This document shows positions 11,323-22,894 of a stretch of 64,000 nt of DNA, piece after piece. The stretch's first letter is position 1. The number at the start of each line of letters is the position of its first letter. The notes below the pieces were generated by a model. That model was given only the letters and a program-made list of their open reading frames with translations. It was not told the origin of the DNA and ran no database searches. Position numbers and translations under genes: made by a program. The stretch is from Phoronis australis. Lineage: Eukaryota > Animalia > Phoronida. The stretch lies in contig NMRA01000001.1 in NCBI GenBank assembly GCA_002633005.1, positions 4,081,101 to 4,145,100 of the forward strand, in the 5' to 3' direction.

Positions 11323-13197
11323 CTGTAAAATTTCTGCTGTTTTTGAAATCCAGCTTCTCAGGAACATCTTTCAAGTTCAAAATCGCATCTTCCAACTTGA
11401 GTCCATCTGCAGAACATTGCCACAACGTTGACGTGCCCTTGGATTCCTTCAAGGAGTGGTTACCCTGATCAGATGAAGCACTTGATAAAAGAGACGGAAC
11501 GTTTGATGCCGAAATACCGGGTCCTTCCTCAAAGAAACGCACCTCCTCTACCTTAACCTCCGTTACAGAATTTTCACTCAATTGTATATTGCCATTTTTC
11601 GCAGAGATATCAAGGGTCTGTTGCCTTTCCAATACAGACTTGTCAGAATTGACATAACTGCACTCACTTGGGTCTGCCTCCACAATACCTTCCCGCTCAG
11701 CATTGTTTTTTTCAACCCAATTCAAATACTGTACAATGTAATCCTTCTCAGGCAAGACATTACCCTCTTCATCACATCTGTGAGTCATCTCATTTCCTTC
11801 GGGTGCAAATTCATAAGACTTGTGGAACTCTTTTATCGTCCTCTTCAAATCTTCGTTGTCACTGTCATGCACTGGATTTACAAAAACATCAAAACTCTCA
11901 TCAGAGTTCTGAGACCTTGTAAAGCTACGTCGGTAACTTTCAGAGACATCAGAGAATTTTTCAGTCGGTGCAAATTGTTGATACTCCCTACCTGTGGTTT
12001 CCAATTCAGGGGCTAATAAGCTATCCTCCAAGGCATCGTCTTCTCTCGAAAGTGAAGGACTATGTGAGAGCACAGAGAATGAAGTGACTACGCCTTTCTG
12101 TTCTTCCGTAACTTTATCCACGATCTCTTCAAACACGGTTTCCTGCGAGTGAGATCCCGCATGTGGTTGTTGATAAGACAAGAGACCAGTCTGAACTTCA
12201 CACACAGTCTTTTCAGTGAGCCTATTATCTTCCTTTGTTGAGAGCTGATTAGAACTATCAGGAGAACCAAGAGGGAAATGATTATTTATACCACAATCCA
12301 ATTCACTATGCATATTTTCCTGGTGCCTGGCATCACAAAATATTTTGTCTTTCTCACAGCTGTTATACTGTTCATTGGCAGTTGTTCTGCACCCAAAAAA
12401 CTGAGATTGCTGATTATAGTTACCACTGTCATTTCCCTGCACCATTTCGGTTGTGGTTCCGCAGTTTTCTGCAGCGGAAACCAGAGCGATGCAAAGTCCT
12501 CCTCTTTTGGTGTCTATAGATTTTATCCAAGCCTGAGTCGCCATGTCGAGATCAGTGACTGAGTCACTACTATTACCCTTATCACCTGATGAGTTATGAC
12601 CCCCATTGCAATATTGCTGTAAACCATGTGAATCATTCAATGACAGACAAACTCCATTATCTGCCTTGTTATCAACACTAACATCTGTTTTACTATGAGT
12701 GCCTCTAGATGGCAATTCAGTATCATCAGAGGCCAACAGCCCAGTGTTTTTGTTGCTACATGGTGCCACTGGTTTATCATCCAGATCAGTCTCATTGCTG
12801 TCATAACAGGTGTCTGTTCTAATGCTCAACTGAAGTTCATCAACAGTTTTAAAATCTTTAGTCAGTTCCAATTCACAATCACTTAACACGTCAGCCATGC
12901 CAACAAAGCTCTCCCTTTCCTCACAGGTTTCATCACCAGACCCCAACCTCCAGTTCTCAGGATCATCAAAATTTTCATAATTCTCACACGAGTCTCTGCA
13001 GGGCTCAAATTTTTTGTACGTTTGTTTCTCATTGCCCCTTGACTTTCCACCAGATTCATGACCCCCATCTTGGACTACAGTCTTTGTATGCTTCACTAAT
13101 CCCTTAGTCTCCTTTTTGTTTGCCGATCCATGTGTGCCGTGTCTCTGTCCCATGCTGAATGGTAGATTATCCTCATACAACTCGATTAGAAATCCAT
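11323..13197 (-). CDS. FMN: Formin large N-terminal exon (~620 codons, acidic/Ser-rich, probably disordered); likely start codon ATG at 13153 (MGQRHG)
   Basis: Open frame of 641 codons (ORF 11255..13180); acceptor tatttctag|AT at 13197; donor ACAG|gtaata at 11323 in phase with the next exon; ATG context agcATGG. Confidence 0.8.
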
Positions 13198-14997
13198 CTA
13201 GAAATAGTTACAAGCAGATTATGACAAAAGCTCTTTAAGTTGATGGCACAATTAGCGTGAACAAAAGCCAAACTCAACAAAAAACGTTTTTAAGTTAATT
13301 TTAGTAACTTGTTATAACTTGTAAAACATTATTAGGTAAGAATTCAAGCATTATCTTTGCAATGTTGTGTAAGTTTTAAGGCATTACAATTATCTCTTGT
13401 AAGGTTTAACTTCCCAATGCAGATATCGATCAATTAATCATTGGTGCAGTTTTTTGTCCTTCAACAGGACTCACACGCCAATTATCTACTACCATGAATG
13501 AATTGAACACATCTGTGCTGATTGAAGTACTGGTCAACAAAACAAATTAAATTACATCCTTTTAGGCAAAATTTTACTATATTTCTTCTGGGAAAATCAT
13601 CCTTGGAAATTAATTTCAGAAGCCATATTGCACTTTATTTCAACCAGTGTTATAGTAGTAGGGAGGTAATTGCTCCACATAAAAGGAACTTTGATTACTT
13701 CTCGTGATCAGGAAAATTAATAAAGCCAACATTCTTATACAATTCTATTGAATAAGTACAAGGTGACATGAAAGGAGCAGATTCCTAGAATTTTGGTAAC
13801 TGTTTACCCTCAGTCTTAGCATCTCTTAGGACCAGAGGCCTCGCTCACTGCATCTTTAAGCCGAAAGCTGAGATGGCAATATTTTTGAAGGGGGAAATGC
13901 TCCCGGTTGCCACTACTGACCAGCCCCCGGACATCACCAAGTGCACCAAATGGCACTTCCTCAAATAGTCAAAAATAATGTCCGGGCCATTTTGAAGTGT
14001 TGCCTCACACAACACTACTTAGAAAAGATCACCCGCCAGTTTTGCTTTTTCTTAGAACTGAACTAGCCCTAGAGAATATTTCAAGAGTGTGTGGTACAGT
14101 AATGGACCCAACAATTCCCCAAATGACTCTTACATCATAGACTTTGAACACTATTATAATAAATCCAGATTTCGTTCTCCACATCGAGTTTTAAACACAG
14201 CAAAGGCATGATTGTGAAGTGAGGAATTTTGCAGTTAATTGAAAACCTTCTGAATTCGAGGGCTTGTGTGAGATAAAGGTGGACAATTCCATGACAATTG
14301 TAACATTTCTGGTTTCACCTGCTGGAAAGACCAATCTCTCTGTTTACAGTAAAACATTTTAATTTCTTAAAATTTTCAATTTTCTTATAACGTGGTCCTA
14401 ACTGTGGGGGTCAGATAACCTTAAAAATGACTCCGGTTTTTACACGAGTTGCTAATTCTTGTAATGAATATTCAAATTATGGGAATATCACTACTATTAA
14501 TTTTGCGCAAGCCTAAACTGTCCAAAAGTATCATTTGCCCTCCCACACATCATCAACCTCTTGGGGTAAAAGGTCAATTCCTGGGTATTATGGTCACGTG
14601 TCCATCACAATTTTTTTTTAATTTTCCAATGAAAATTGAAATAATTTTAGATTCTGTCTGAACTTCTTAATAAAATTAAATACTATTAACCAAATTTTCA
14701 AATCTCAAGGATTATACCTAACGTCATAAATCGAGTGATAGACGTACCTTAAATTTGTAGGTCCATCACATCAGAGATACAATCTTTCAACTACTGGGTA
14801 ATGTGCCCAGTTGTATTTATTTTACTCTGCAGTAATGTAGAAGATTAAATTTCTGTTCAGTGTAAGATTCTACAAGAACAATGCAGAGCACTGATATGCA
14901 CCCACTATATGCATCATCGCAGAATACAAGGGATTCACAACTACATTGAACATTCCCATAAAAAGGAGTAATGCTAGTTATTACTAAAAATAGCCTC

Positions 14998-15670
14998 TAG
15001 GACAGCTATTGGATTTTGGATGTCAACCAACTCGAAACCACTACCAGTTTGACCCTTTCGTTGTTTCATAATATGACCACCAGGTGGGGTAGGAATTGAA
15101 TGTTGGAGGTCAACCAAATTTGTAATCAGGCAGCCAACTAACTACACCTCACTAGCAGTGTCTTGGTAGGACACCTATTAGATGTTGGATGTCAACCAAC
15201 TAACTCCAGCTAATTAGCTGTCTCTCTCTTTTATCGCTTGACCACAGGTAGGACAGCTATTGGATGTTGGCTGTCAACCAACTAATTCCAACGTACTAAC
15301 TGGCTGTCCCTTTGATCATTTGATCACCAGGTGGGGCAGCTATTGAATGTTGGATGTCAACCAACTAACTATACCTCACTTCGCTGTGTCTCCCTTTGGA
15401 TAGTTTTACCATTTGACGACCAGATAGGATAGCTATTGGATGTCAACCCACTAACTCCAGCTTAGTAGCTGTCTTTCTCTTTGATCATTTGAACAACAGA
15501 TGGGGCAATTATTGGATGTTGGATTAGTCAACCCTGAACTAACTCCAACTAAGTAGTTCTCTCTCCCTAAGTGCGGCAGCTATTGGATGTCACAAACTAG
15601 CTCCAACTCACTACCTGTCTGTCCCTTTGATCTTTTAACCACCAGATGGGGCAGCTATTGGATGTTGATT
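14998..15670. repeat. Degenerate ~80-bp tandem array, about 9 units, each with internal dyad symmetry
   Basis: Core cagRtRggRcagctattggatgttggatgtcaaccaactaactccagct...tgtc.ctttgatcatttgacca recurs at about 14998, 15081, 15166, 15245, 15328, 15421, 15497, 15570 and 15643. Confidence 0.85.
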
Positions 15671-18119
15671 ATTATCGTAGTTGGCAAACCAACCAAGTCA
15701 CTCTATGACCATCTGAAGTTTGTCCATCATATGGATCAGCTAATGGTTGTTAGACTGCAACCAACTAATACGCAGCCTGTGCCTGATCACTGTGCTTTTC
15801 ACCTCCAGACAGAACAATCAATTTACTAGTTGTTTAACTACTTCTGCACATGGTGGAAAACCATCACTTTACAATCATGCCAGTGTCCATTCCTTATTTG
15901 GTTTTACCACCAGGTGGTGTGCTTTGCAACTGGCTGGTTGTCATCCAAGTAAAATGACGTCCACGTAACATTCTGACCTCACATTTTATGGAGTAAGTGA
16001 CTGAATATATTTGAGAAACCCATGAATAAATTATGCTTTCTATACTTGAAGCCAATCGGTCTCAAGGCGACCGTGTAAGTGCCAATGTCAATCATATTTT
16101 ACTTGAGGGTTGCGTGAATGGAATATAGTATTGCAAAAAGGATTCGATTGCATGCCATGAGAATTCAATATATTGATTGCTTTTGTTGACGGAATTTGTA
16201 GAACGTGAAGTCTGAAGGTTGCACCCCAATATATGCCACTGCAACTGCAGTAAGCTGGTAAGTAGACCAGCCTAATTGACTTGCAGAGTTTTAAAAAGGC
16301 CAAATGAATATAGCCATAAATACTGGTTCAGTTTTGGGTACAATGTTTTGTGATGGTCAATAGTGTTCAAATTCAAGTAGTTTTGGTACAAGCAGCGACT
16401 GCAGGCGGCGCTAAAGTTCCATGACAACTCACTCATCCGGTCGGGGACCCATGCAGCTAAATGACCACCCAGTATAATGAAATTTTGTCTCTAAACCTGA
16501 ACAATTCATCTTGTCTGAATTACTATACACAGCGATAGTCTTTCTTTAATACACCAAAAAAGATGGCGGCTGACACCAATTTATCACCAAACAAGAACAT
16601 ACTTCTCACAGCTGGAGAGGGAAATTAGCTGAACTCAGTCGTGCTTTCAAATTTCTAGAAATTCAGTAATTGTAAACAACTCTACTTTGAAAATTTAAGT
16701 ATCTATAACAGTTTTACGTTCTTGTTTGATATTTTATTGGTGTAAAACATTAAAGACAGGTCATTACCTATGTTGATTTGTGCCAAGATTGAACTACATG
16801 ATACTCTGGTTCCTTTCTGCTGTGTCAAGTGTTACTGTCAGACCAAAATAACAGACTTATTTCCAATAAATGACCAAAAAGAATGAGCTAAACAAAACAA
16901 CACTGAAAATGCCATACGCCGAGAGACTAGACTGAATATTGTTCTAATAACATCAGTAAGAGTGGTCACCCTGTGAAAAAACACCTCATCATGAAGAAAT
17001 TCTCTCGTTTATTTTTTTATGTTAGTAGCTCAGACATATTTTGAAACAACAGTAAGACTGTACATTTTGTGGCAAGTGACAATTGTTAGCAGATTGAGAA
17101 ATCAAGTTTCACCAGCTCAATCATAAAAATGCACTCACCATGCAGATATATCTTTTGTTCCAGTTGTTTGTCAAATCTGTTTCAAAACATGGAAGCAAAG
17201 ATATGCAATGCCCTGCATGCCCTACGATTATAGTGCAATATCCTCAAGACCTCATTTAAAATCCAGGTTATTGCCATTGAACTTATAGCTTATTCACTCT
17301 ACCCATGTGGAATTACCAGCATACGAAAGTTTAATGAATTCAAACACAGGTGAATGTGAACATCATGCTCTAGACCAATCAGTACAACGAGAGGGGATCT
17401 AATCTTATCCTCTGACGTTGTTAACATACCAGTAATTTTTTCAAAACCAGCAATGAGCATTTAATGACAAATAACAGCACTGACGGGTGAACTAGTAGAC
17501 ATCCTTCATGGAAATACCGAGCCATCATAGCGGCTGCTAGGGTTTTCCGACACATTTAGACAGTACTTTCAATTGCCAGGCAAACTATCATTTATTGGAA
17601 ATGATTGGCTTAACTACCTCAGAAATCCTGCGGTTTCCATTACTTTTCAACCTCACAGCAAAACAGTCTCTGTTCACAAACAGGCCAGATATTATTTAAT
17701 TAAAAAAGTTACTTCTATTATAACAAAAACGGATACAACTTACAAGACATTGAATAAATTCCTTTTCTAGTGATAGCAAAAGTGTCAAAGTTCAAGAATG
17801 TCCAGGAAAGACATAGATGAAGACCATACGAGTACATTTGGGAGTATTTTAAAAAGAGATAATTTTCATTAAGCCTGCATTTTAGCAGAGCACTACCTGT
17901 TGTAGGATCACACCATTCAATGGCATTACGTAACGTTATACAGTACTAAGGTCGAGTAAGGTCACATACTAGCCGGGGAGAATCAATTCACATGCTTACT
18001 GTTCACTTACAAGGCCAATGTTTTACATTGATTTTTCAATGCCTTGGAAACCTAAGGAAATTGTGTCCCTTGTACTTTTGTTCATTTCAAAAACATCGAA
18101 TGAAGCAAGAGTAACTTTT

Positions 18120-18815
18120 TATGAGGCATGAGGGTATGCTATCGCCTGGCCTGCTGAGTGCTGGCGCTGCATACCGGAAGCTTTTCGGCCACACTGCATG
18201 ATTAAACCAACAAAGTCATTTTGCTATAAGTAGTTTACCTTTCATGCATAGAAAAATACCTTAGAAGGCAGCTATTGTCTTCAGCTCGAACAAATACTTC
18301 CGCAATCAACCTCTTCTTTACGAACAATGCTTCATTACCCGCATCGGCTACTGCCCATTTTTCCACAGCTCGCGCCGCAGGGCATGTCAACATGACCTCA
18401 ATTTCTTAATCAGGCCGAAGGTCACAGACGGCGATCCTAGCGGTAACCTTTGAAAACTAAAGTCCCCGCCCACTTCGCGCAACCGAGTACCAGTCTACCA
18501 GTCGTACACTTCGAAGTTTTCGCTAAAAAGACTTTGAATAGTTCGGTAGCAGCCCTTTATTAACGCGCACTTGATGAAAACACGACTGCGTTTTGTGTTG
18601 CATAGCTTGATATACACTAGCTCTCTCATACTCTCATCAAAATTTCCGATCTTCCGTTGGGCAGTGCTCACTTGGAGAACAGACAGCGGCGTTACATTGG
18701 ACACATGCGCTCTCCAAGGAGTGTAGTACTACACTCCTTGAGCTCTCTCTCCCGACGGTTGGCCACGCAAGGTTCGTCCATTCAAGGCCATTTTTACATG
18801 AACGTGACTGGCCGA
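18120..18815 (-). promoter_or_regulatory. Putative formin promoter / non-coding first exon region
   Basis: Locally GC- and CpG-rich, GC box (ccccgccc at ~18464), minus-strand donor-like sites (ctaag|gtattt, gaaag|gtaaac) upstream of the formin acceptor at 13197. Inference only. Confidence 0.35.
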
Positions 18816-19437
18816 NTGCATGATTAAACCAACAAAGTCATTTTGCTATAAGTAGTTTACCTTTCATGCATAGAGAAAAACCTTAGAAGGCAGCTATTCT
18901 CTTCAGCTCGAACAAATACTCCCGCAATCAACCTCTTCTTTACGAACAATGCTTCATTACCCGCATCGGCTACTGCCCATTTTTCCACAGCTCGCGCCGC
19001 AGGGCATGTCAACATGACCTCAATTTCTTAATCAGGCCGAAGGTCACAGACGGCGGTCCTAGCGGTAACCTTTGAAAACTAAAGTCCCCGCCCACTTCGC
19101 GCAACCGAGTACCAGTCTACCAGTCGTACACTTCGAAGTTTTCGCTAAAAAGACTTTGAATAGTTCGGTAGCAGCCCTTTATTAACGCGCACTTGATGAA
19201 AACACGACTGCGTTTTGTGTTGCATAGCTTGATATACACTAGCTCTCTCATACTCTCATCAAAATTTCCGATCTTATGTTGGGCAGTGCTCATTTGGAGA
19301 ACTGACAGCGGCGTTACATTGGACACATGCGCTCTCCAAGGAGTGTAGTACTACACTCCTTGAGCTCTCTCTCCCGACGGTTGGCCACGCAAGGTTCGTC
19401 CATTCAAGGCCATTTTTACATGAACGTGACTAGCCGA
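18195..19437. repeat. 621-bp near-identical direct duplication (18195-18815 / 18817-19437) joined by a single N; likely haplotype/contig-overlap artifact
   Basis: Copies differ only by scattered substitutions; the junction is exactly the N at 18816; the ORF track shows twin 69-aa ORFs. Confidence 0.9.
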
Positions 19438-20529
19438 AAACAACTAGGAAAGAAACAGTTGACAACCACTATTTGATATTTAGACAAAAGCAACACGGAG
19501 CGTTATGCGTGCACTGACGCCGGTGTCATCTTGATAGCGTAAACTAAAAGGGATGATCACTACACTATGCTGAACTTTTTGTTTCTTTTTTTGTTAATAT
19601 GTTAATCCTTTAATTCAGTATGACTTTATTTTGTATTTCCTTTGTGTTATTGCTCATTATTACATTGTTAGTTAAATAATTCATCGCTATGTAGGCCCAT
19701 ACTTATAGCCTAGCCTACATATAAGCCTGGAAATAACGATTCGTTTTCTTGGCTAACTCTCTGCAATATCGTATTGTTTTATGGTTGCGTTGCAGAAAAA
19801 AATGAAACATGCTAGTAAACTTAAAATAATCTCTAAGAGGTCCTCATTAGGAACATACTTGCCAACACCGTAAAAAATCAAAACTGTTATCATGGTCATA
19901 GAAATGCACTTGCAAATTTTCACAAATATTCTGCCGGGAGAAAGAGTTGCGGATGCGAAAAAAATTATACTGCCGCTAGGAGGTGCCACAGTAGTCAAAA
20001 CTGTCCAATTATCGTCAGCCATGCTGTTCCCACAATAGAACAAATGTACCAATTTTCGTAACGATTCTGGTTTATCGATAGACAGATGGACACCAAAAAC
20101 AGAAACAAAAAAAAACAAAAAACGGCCACCAGGAGGCGCACACTACGTGAAATCAATCTGAAAACGAAAAGATGTTATCATCTCAGTATTAAAGTCTATT
20201 TGCTGATTATAAAAAAAACTATCAAGGAACTTCAAAGATGCAGAGGAAAACGAAAAAATAAAATTAGCACTAGGCTAGGGAGCACAGTTGTAGTTGGATA
20301 CGTTAGAAAGTCGTCGTCACCAATTACTCATCTCACATTCAATTGTCAAATATAACAAAGATCCTACAGAGAGTTCAGTTTCGGAGACACAAACAACTGC
20401 CTTTAAGAAAAACCACTGTAGTCAGGGCCCTCCGAAAATAATCGTCGGCCGTTGTCCTTTTCACCGTAGGAACATATACGTGTAATTTTCATAATCATCC
20501 TTTCAGTGGTTTGTCATACAAAGAGAGGA

Positions 20530-20915
20530 TTTTGGCAAAAAAACAGACTCGAAAACAATGAAAATTACCTCTTGGTGGCGCAAAATACGTCGCATCACTT
20601 GAAAAACTAGAAGGTGGCGTCATGTTCTCAACAGATACCAAATTTAGTAATGAGCCGAAATTCGTGAAAATCAGTTTAGGAAGTCTGAAAAAATTGCCAC
20701 TAGCTGGGGGCGCACCCAAAAATTTGCACAAGCTGCGTCCAATCCATGAAAAGAGCCTGTCTGCAAAATTCCATGAACATGCATGAAAGGGTTTTGGCGA
20801 TAAAGCAGCTGACGCCATTCAGAAGTCGGACGGACGGACGGACGAACGGACGGACAGACGGACGGACGACATCGGCGCACACTTCGAAAATCTCCCTTTG
20901 GTCTTTTAGTTTTAT
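20530..20915. mobile_element. HINE/DINE-1-like modular non-autonomous element with (GGAC)n microsatellite
   Basis: (cgga/ggac)n tract at 20827-20870 preceded by the core ...aaattcgtgaaaatcagt...ttgccactag; a related core occurs at ~23960-24080 and, inverted, at 30330-31620. Confidence 0.55.
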
Positions 20916-21698
20916 TTGATAACTTGATAGGAGACGCCAAATATCTAAATTTTCATGTAATGCTCTCTCTACAACTACGTTACTCGGCTTGAATGTCCGG
21001 TTGAGACGTTTTGGTGTTTTGAAACGACTATATAGTTACGATATAACTCGCACAACGGCCCTCACCATCTGTGTTGGTCTCTAATAAATATATAATAAAT
21101 TGTATCTTAATGTGTAAGAATGTGCCATCGTTGTTCTCGTAGGCCGGCAAGCGCCTGATCGGCTCAGTATCAACATAAGACTAAGTGAAGGTTCAGTGCT
21201 TTTGTAAGAGATGCGGCTAACAACTCCTGAAAGATAACGGTTTCGAATAGAAGCTGCCACTGAACAGACACAATTAGAATAAACGTTGAAGTACATACAC
21301 CTGGAAAACTTGCCAGGCAGACCTAATAATTAGTTACAATCCACTGTTGTAATGAATCGTCCGAATGTGAACTCATTAGGCCTAGCTTTAATGTTTTCGA
21401 CAATTGCCACTTGCGCAAAGACAAAGCAAGACCGCGTATGCGTAAACCATGGAGCAGTATCCGAGAAAACTTCACTCAGTGTTTCACTCAAGGTGGCACT
21501 CACTGAATATTTTTTTCGAGCCACACGGTCGTGTTCTTGTAGAAAAGAAGTAAACTGCTTTCCGGCCCTACTAAATGAGAAAAAATGCTACCCAAATAAT
21601 CATTGTTGGTAAAAAATTGCACTGCACTAAAGCATCACAAAATAAGGGAGTGACAGCGCGGGCACGAAAAATTTTGTTTAACCATGCGTGGAATCGGC

Positions 21699-21840
21699 TA
21701 GGGACACGAATTTTTTGTTTCCCTAGTTAGCTCCACTGGACCGATAGTCTAGACAACGGCGTATTTCATGTCCCTACTAAGTCTTTGAACTGGTTACTAG
21801 GAGACGAAAATTTTTCGCCGTTGTATTAGTTGGTCCGATT
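21699..21840. mobile_element. Cluster of related hAT-like termini (TAGGG/TAGGA...acaacggcg motif)
   Basis: tagggacacgaa (21699) vs ttcatgtcccta (to 21776) is an 11/12 inverted match; the reverse complement of 21797-21836 resembles 21738-21776; no TSD found. Confidence 0.35.
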
Positions 21841-22227
21841 CTGGTGACGTATCGTGACGTAACCGATATTACGCCTTTTATCTCGAAAATGTTCATTCGC
21901 CAGAGGCGGAAGGGGTTGGCTTTTGCAAACGTCAAGTTGCCCGGCACTGCAGCAGATTGCGACCGGCCCACTGAGTCGGCTGCCGGTGTCGGTGTGCCCT
22001 TGCCATGCGCGCACTCAGCCTCTAGTTTGGGGGGACTCGAATTTCTGACCAAGTGGACCTTTTGCTAACAAAAAAGTTGAAAGACTAAAAAAAAAAAGAA
22101 AAACGGGATACCATCTGGCACTAGAACTGTGCGTCTACGCCTTTTTAGTGGACTTGGCGTTTCCAAGGACTTTTTGTTTCTCTGAGGCGGATTTTTTTGC
22201 CCGCCACTTAGCCAAATATGGGGGGGG

Positions 22228-22504
22228 NNNNNNNNNNNNNNNNNNNNNNNNNNNNNNNNNNNNNNNNNNNNNNNNNNNNNNNNNNNNNNNNNNNNNNNNN
22301 NNNNNNNNNNNNNNNNNNNNNNNNNNNNNNNNNNNNNNNNNNNNNNNNNNNNNNNNNNNNNNNNNNNNNNNNNNNNNNNNNNNNNNNNNNNNNNNNNNNN
22401 NNNNNNNNNNNNNNNNNNNNNNNNNNNNNNNNNNNNNNNNNNNNNNNNNNNNNNNNNNNNNNNNNNNNNNNNNNNNNNNNNNNNNNNNNNNNNNNNNNNN
22501 NNNN
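22228..22504. other. Assembly gap (N run)
   Basis: 277 N. Confidence 0.99.
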
Positions 22505-22739
22505 TCGATACTCACTGCCCAAGAATGTGTCGTGGGAACTGTCTTTTTCACAGACCCTCTATATTTGCTTCACGCAATATCAATGGCATGAGAGAATGTG
22601 AACCCTGAGAACCACGTTACTAACGTAATCGTTCAACTCAAGACTTTTTAAAGTTTTGAGTTGAGAGTGCGCTCCGGTCACACTGCTATTGCCGTCGCGC
22701 ACAGTTTCACTTGAGCGCACTGGAGGTGGAGGTTTCACT

Positions 22740-22894
22740 ATGTTTTCAATGAGAATGACACGTGTTAATATCTTAACAATTTTTGCATGGTTTCTTTTAA
22801 TCGCTCCATCAAATTCCAAAGAAAAGGTGCTGCCGATTGTGCTCACGGAATCGACGTGGTCGGAAATGACAACAGGAGAGTGGATGGTGGAATT
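22740..22894 (+). CDS. TMX1: TMX1 exon 1 (signal peptide, LTESTWSEMTTGEWMVE)
   Basis: ATG 22740 (in-frame alternatives at 22749 and 22755); donor GAATT|gtaagt; 155 nt. Confidence 0.9.

Larger units (their letters stand above)
994..13197 (-). other. FMN: Formin gene, FMN/Cappuccino subtype (5' part; 7 coding exons in window, FH2 continues beyond base 1)
   Basis: Exons 13197-11323, 9695-9532, 7798-7684, 5750-5689, 4583-4103, 3618-3510 and 1141-994 join with canonical GT-AG sites and matching phases into one ORF: long acidic N-terminus, DEP-like segment, coiled coil, polyproline FH1, FH2 start (PMKPLFWKRIQL...SLWE...EFDEMFSR). No GBD/FH3 is visible, which fits the FMN subtype. Confidence 0.85.

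Noticed and set aside
11582-12886. Plus-strand ORFs (144, 84, 94, 63 aa)
   Set aside because: Antisense shadows of the large formin exon.
14998-15670. CRISPR-like repeat/spacer array
   Set aside because: The intervening parts are homologous to each other rather than unique spacers, the repeats are degenerate, the context is eukaryotic and there are no cas genes.
18495-19326. Twin 69-aa ORFs as tandem paralogs
   Set aside because: Product of the N-joined duplication; no recognisable protein features.
20671-20940. ORFs with repeated PSVR
   Set aside because: Translation of the (GGAC)n microsatellite.
22135-22601. ORFs spanning the N gap (also 60475-60988)
   Set aside because: Artifacts of translating N.
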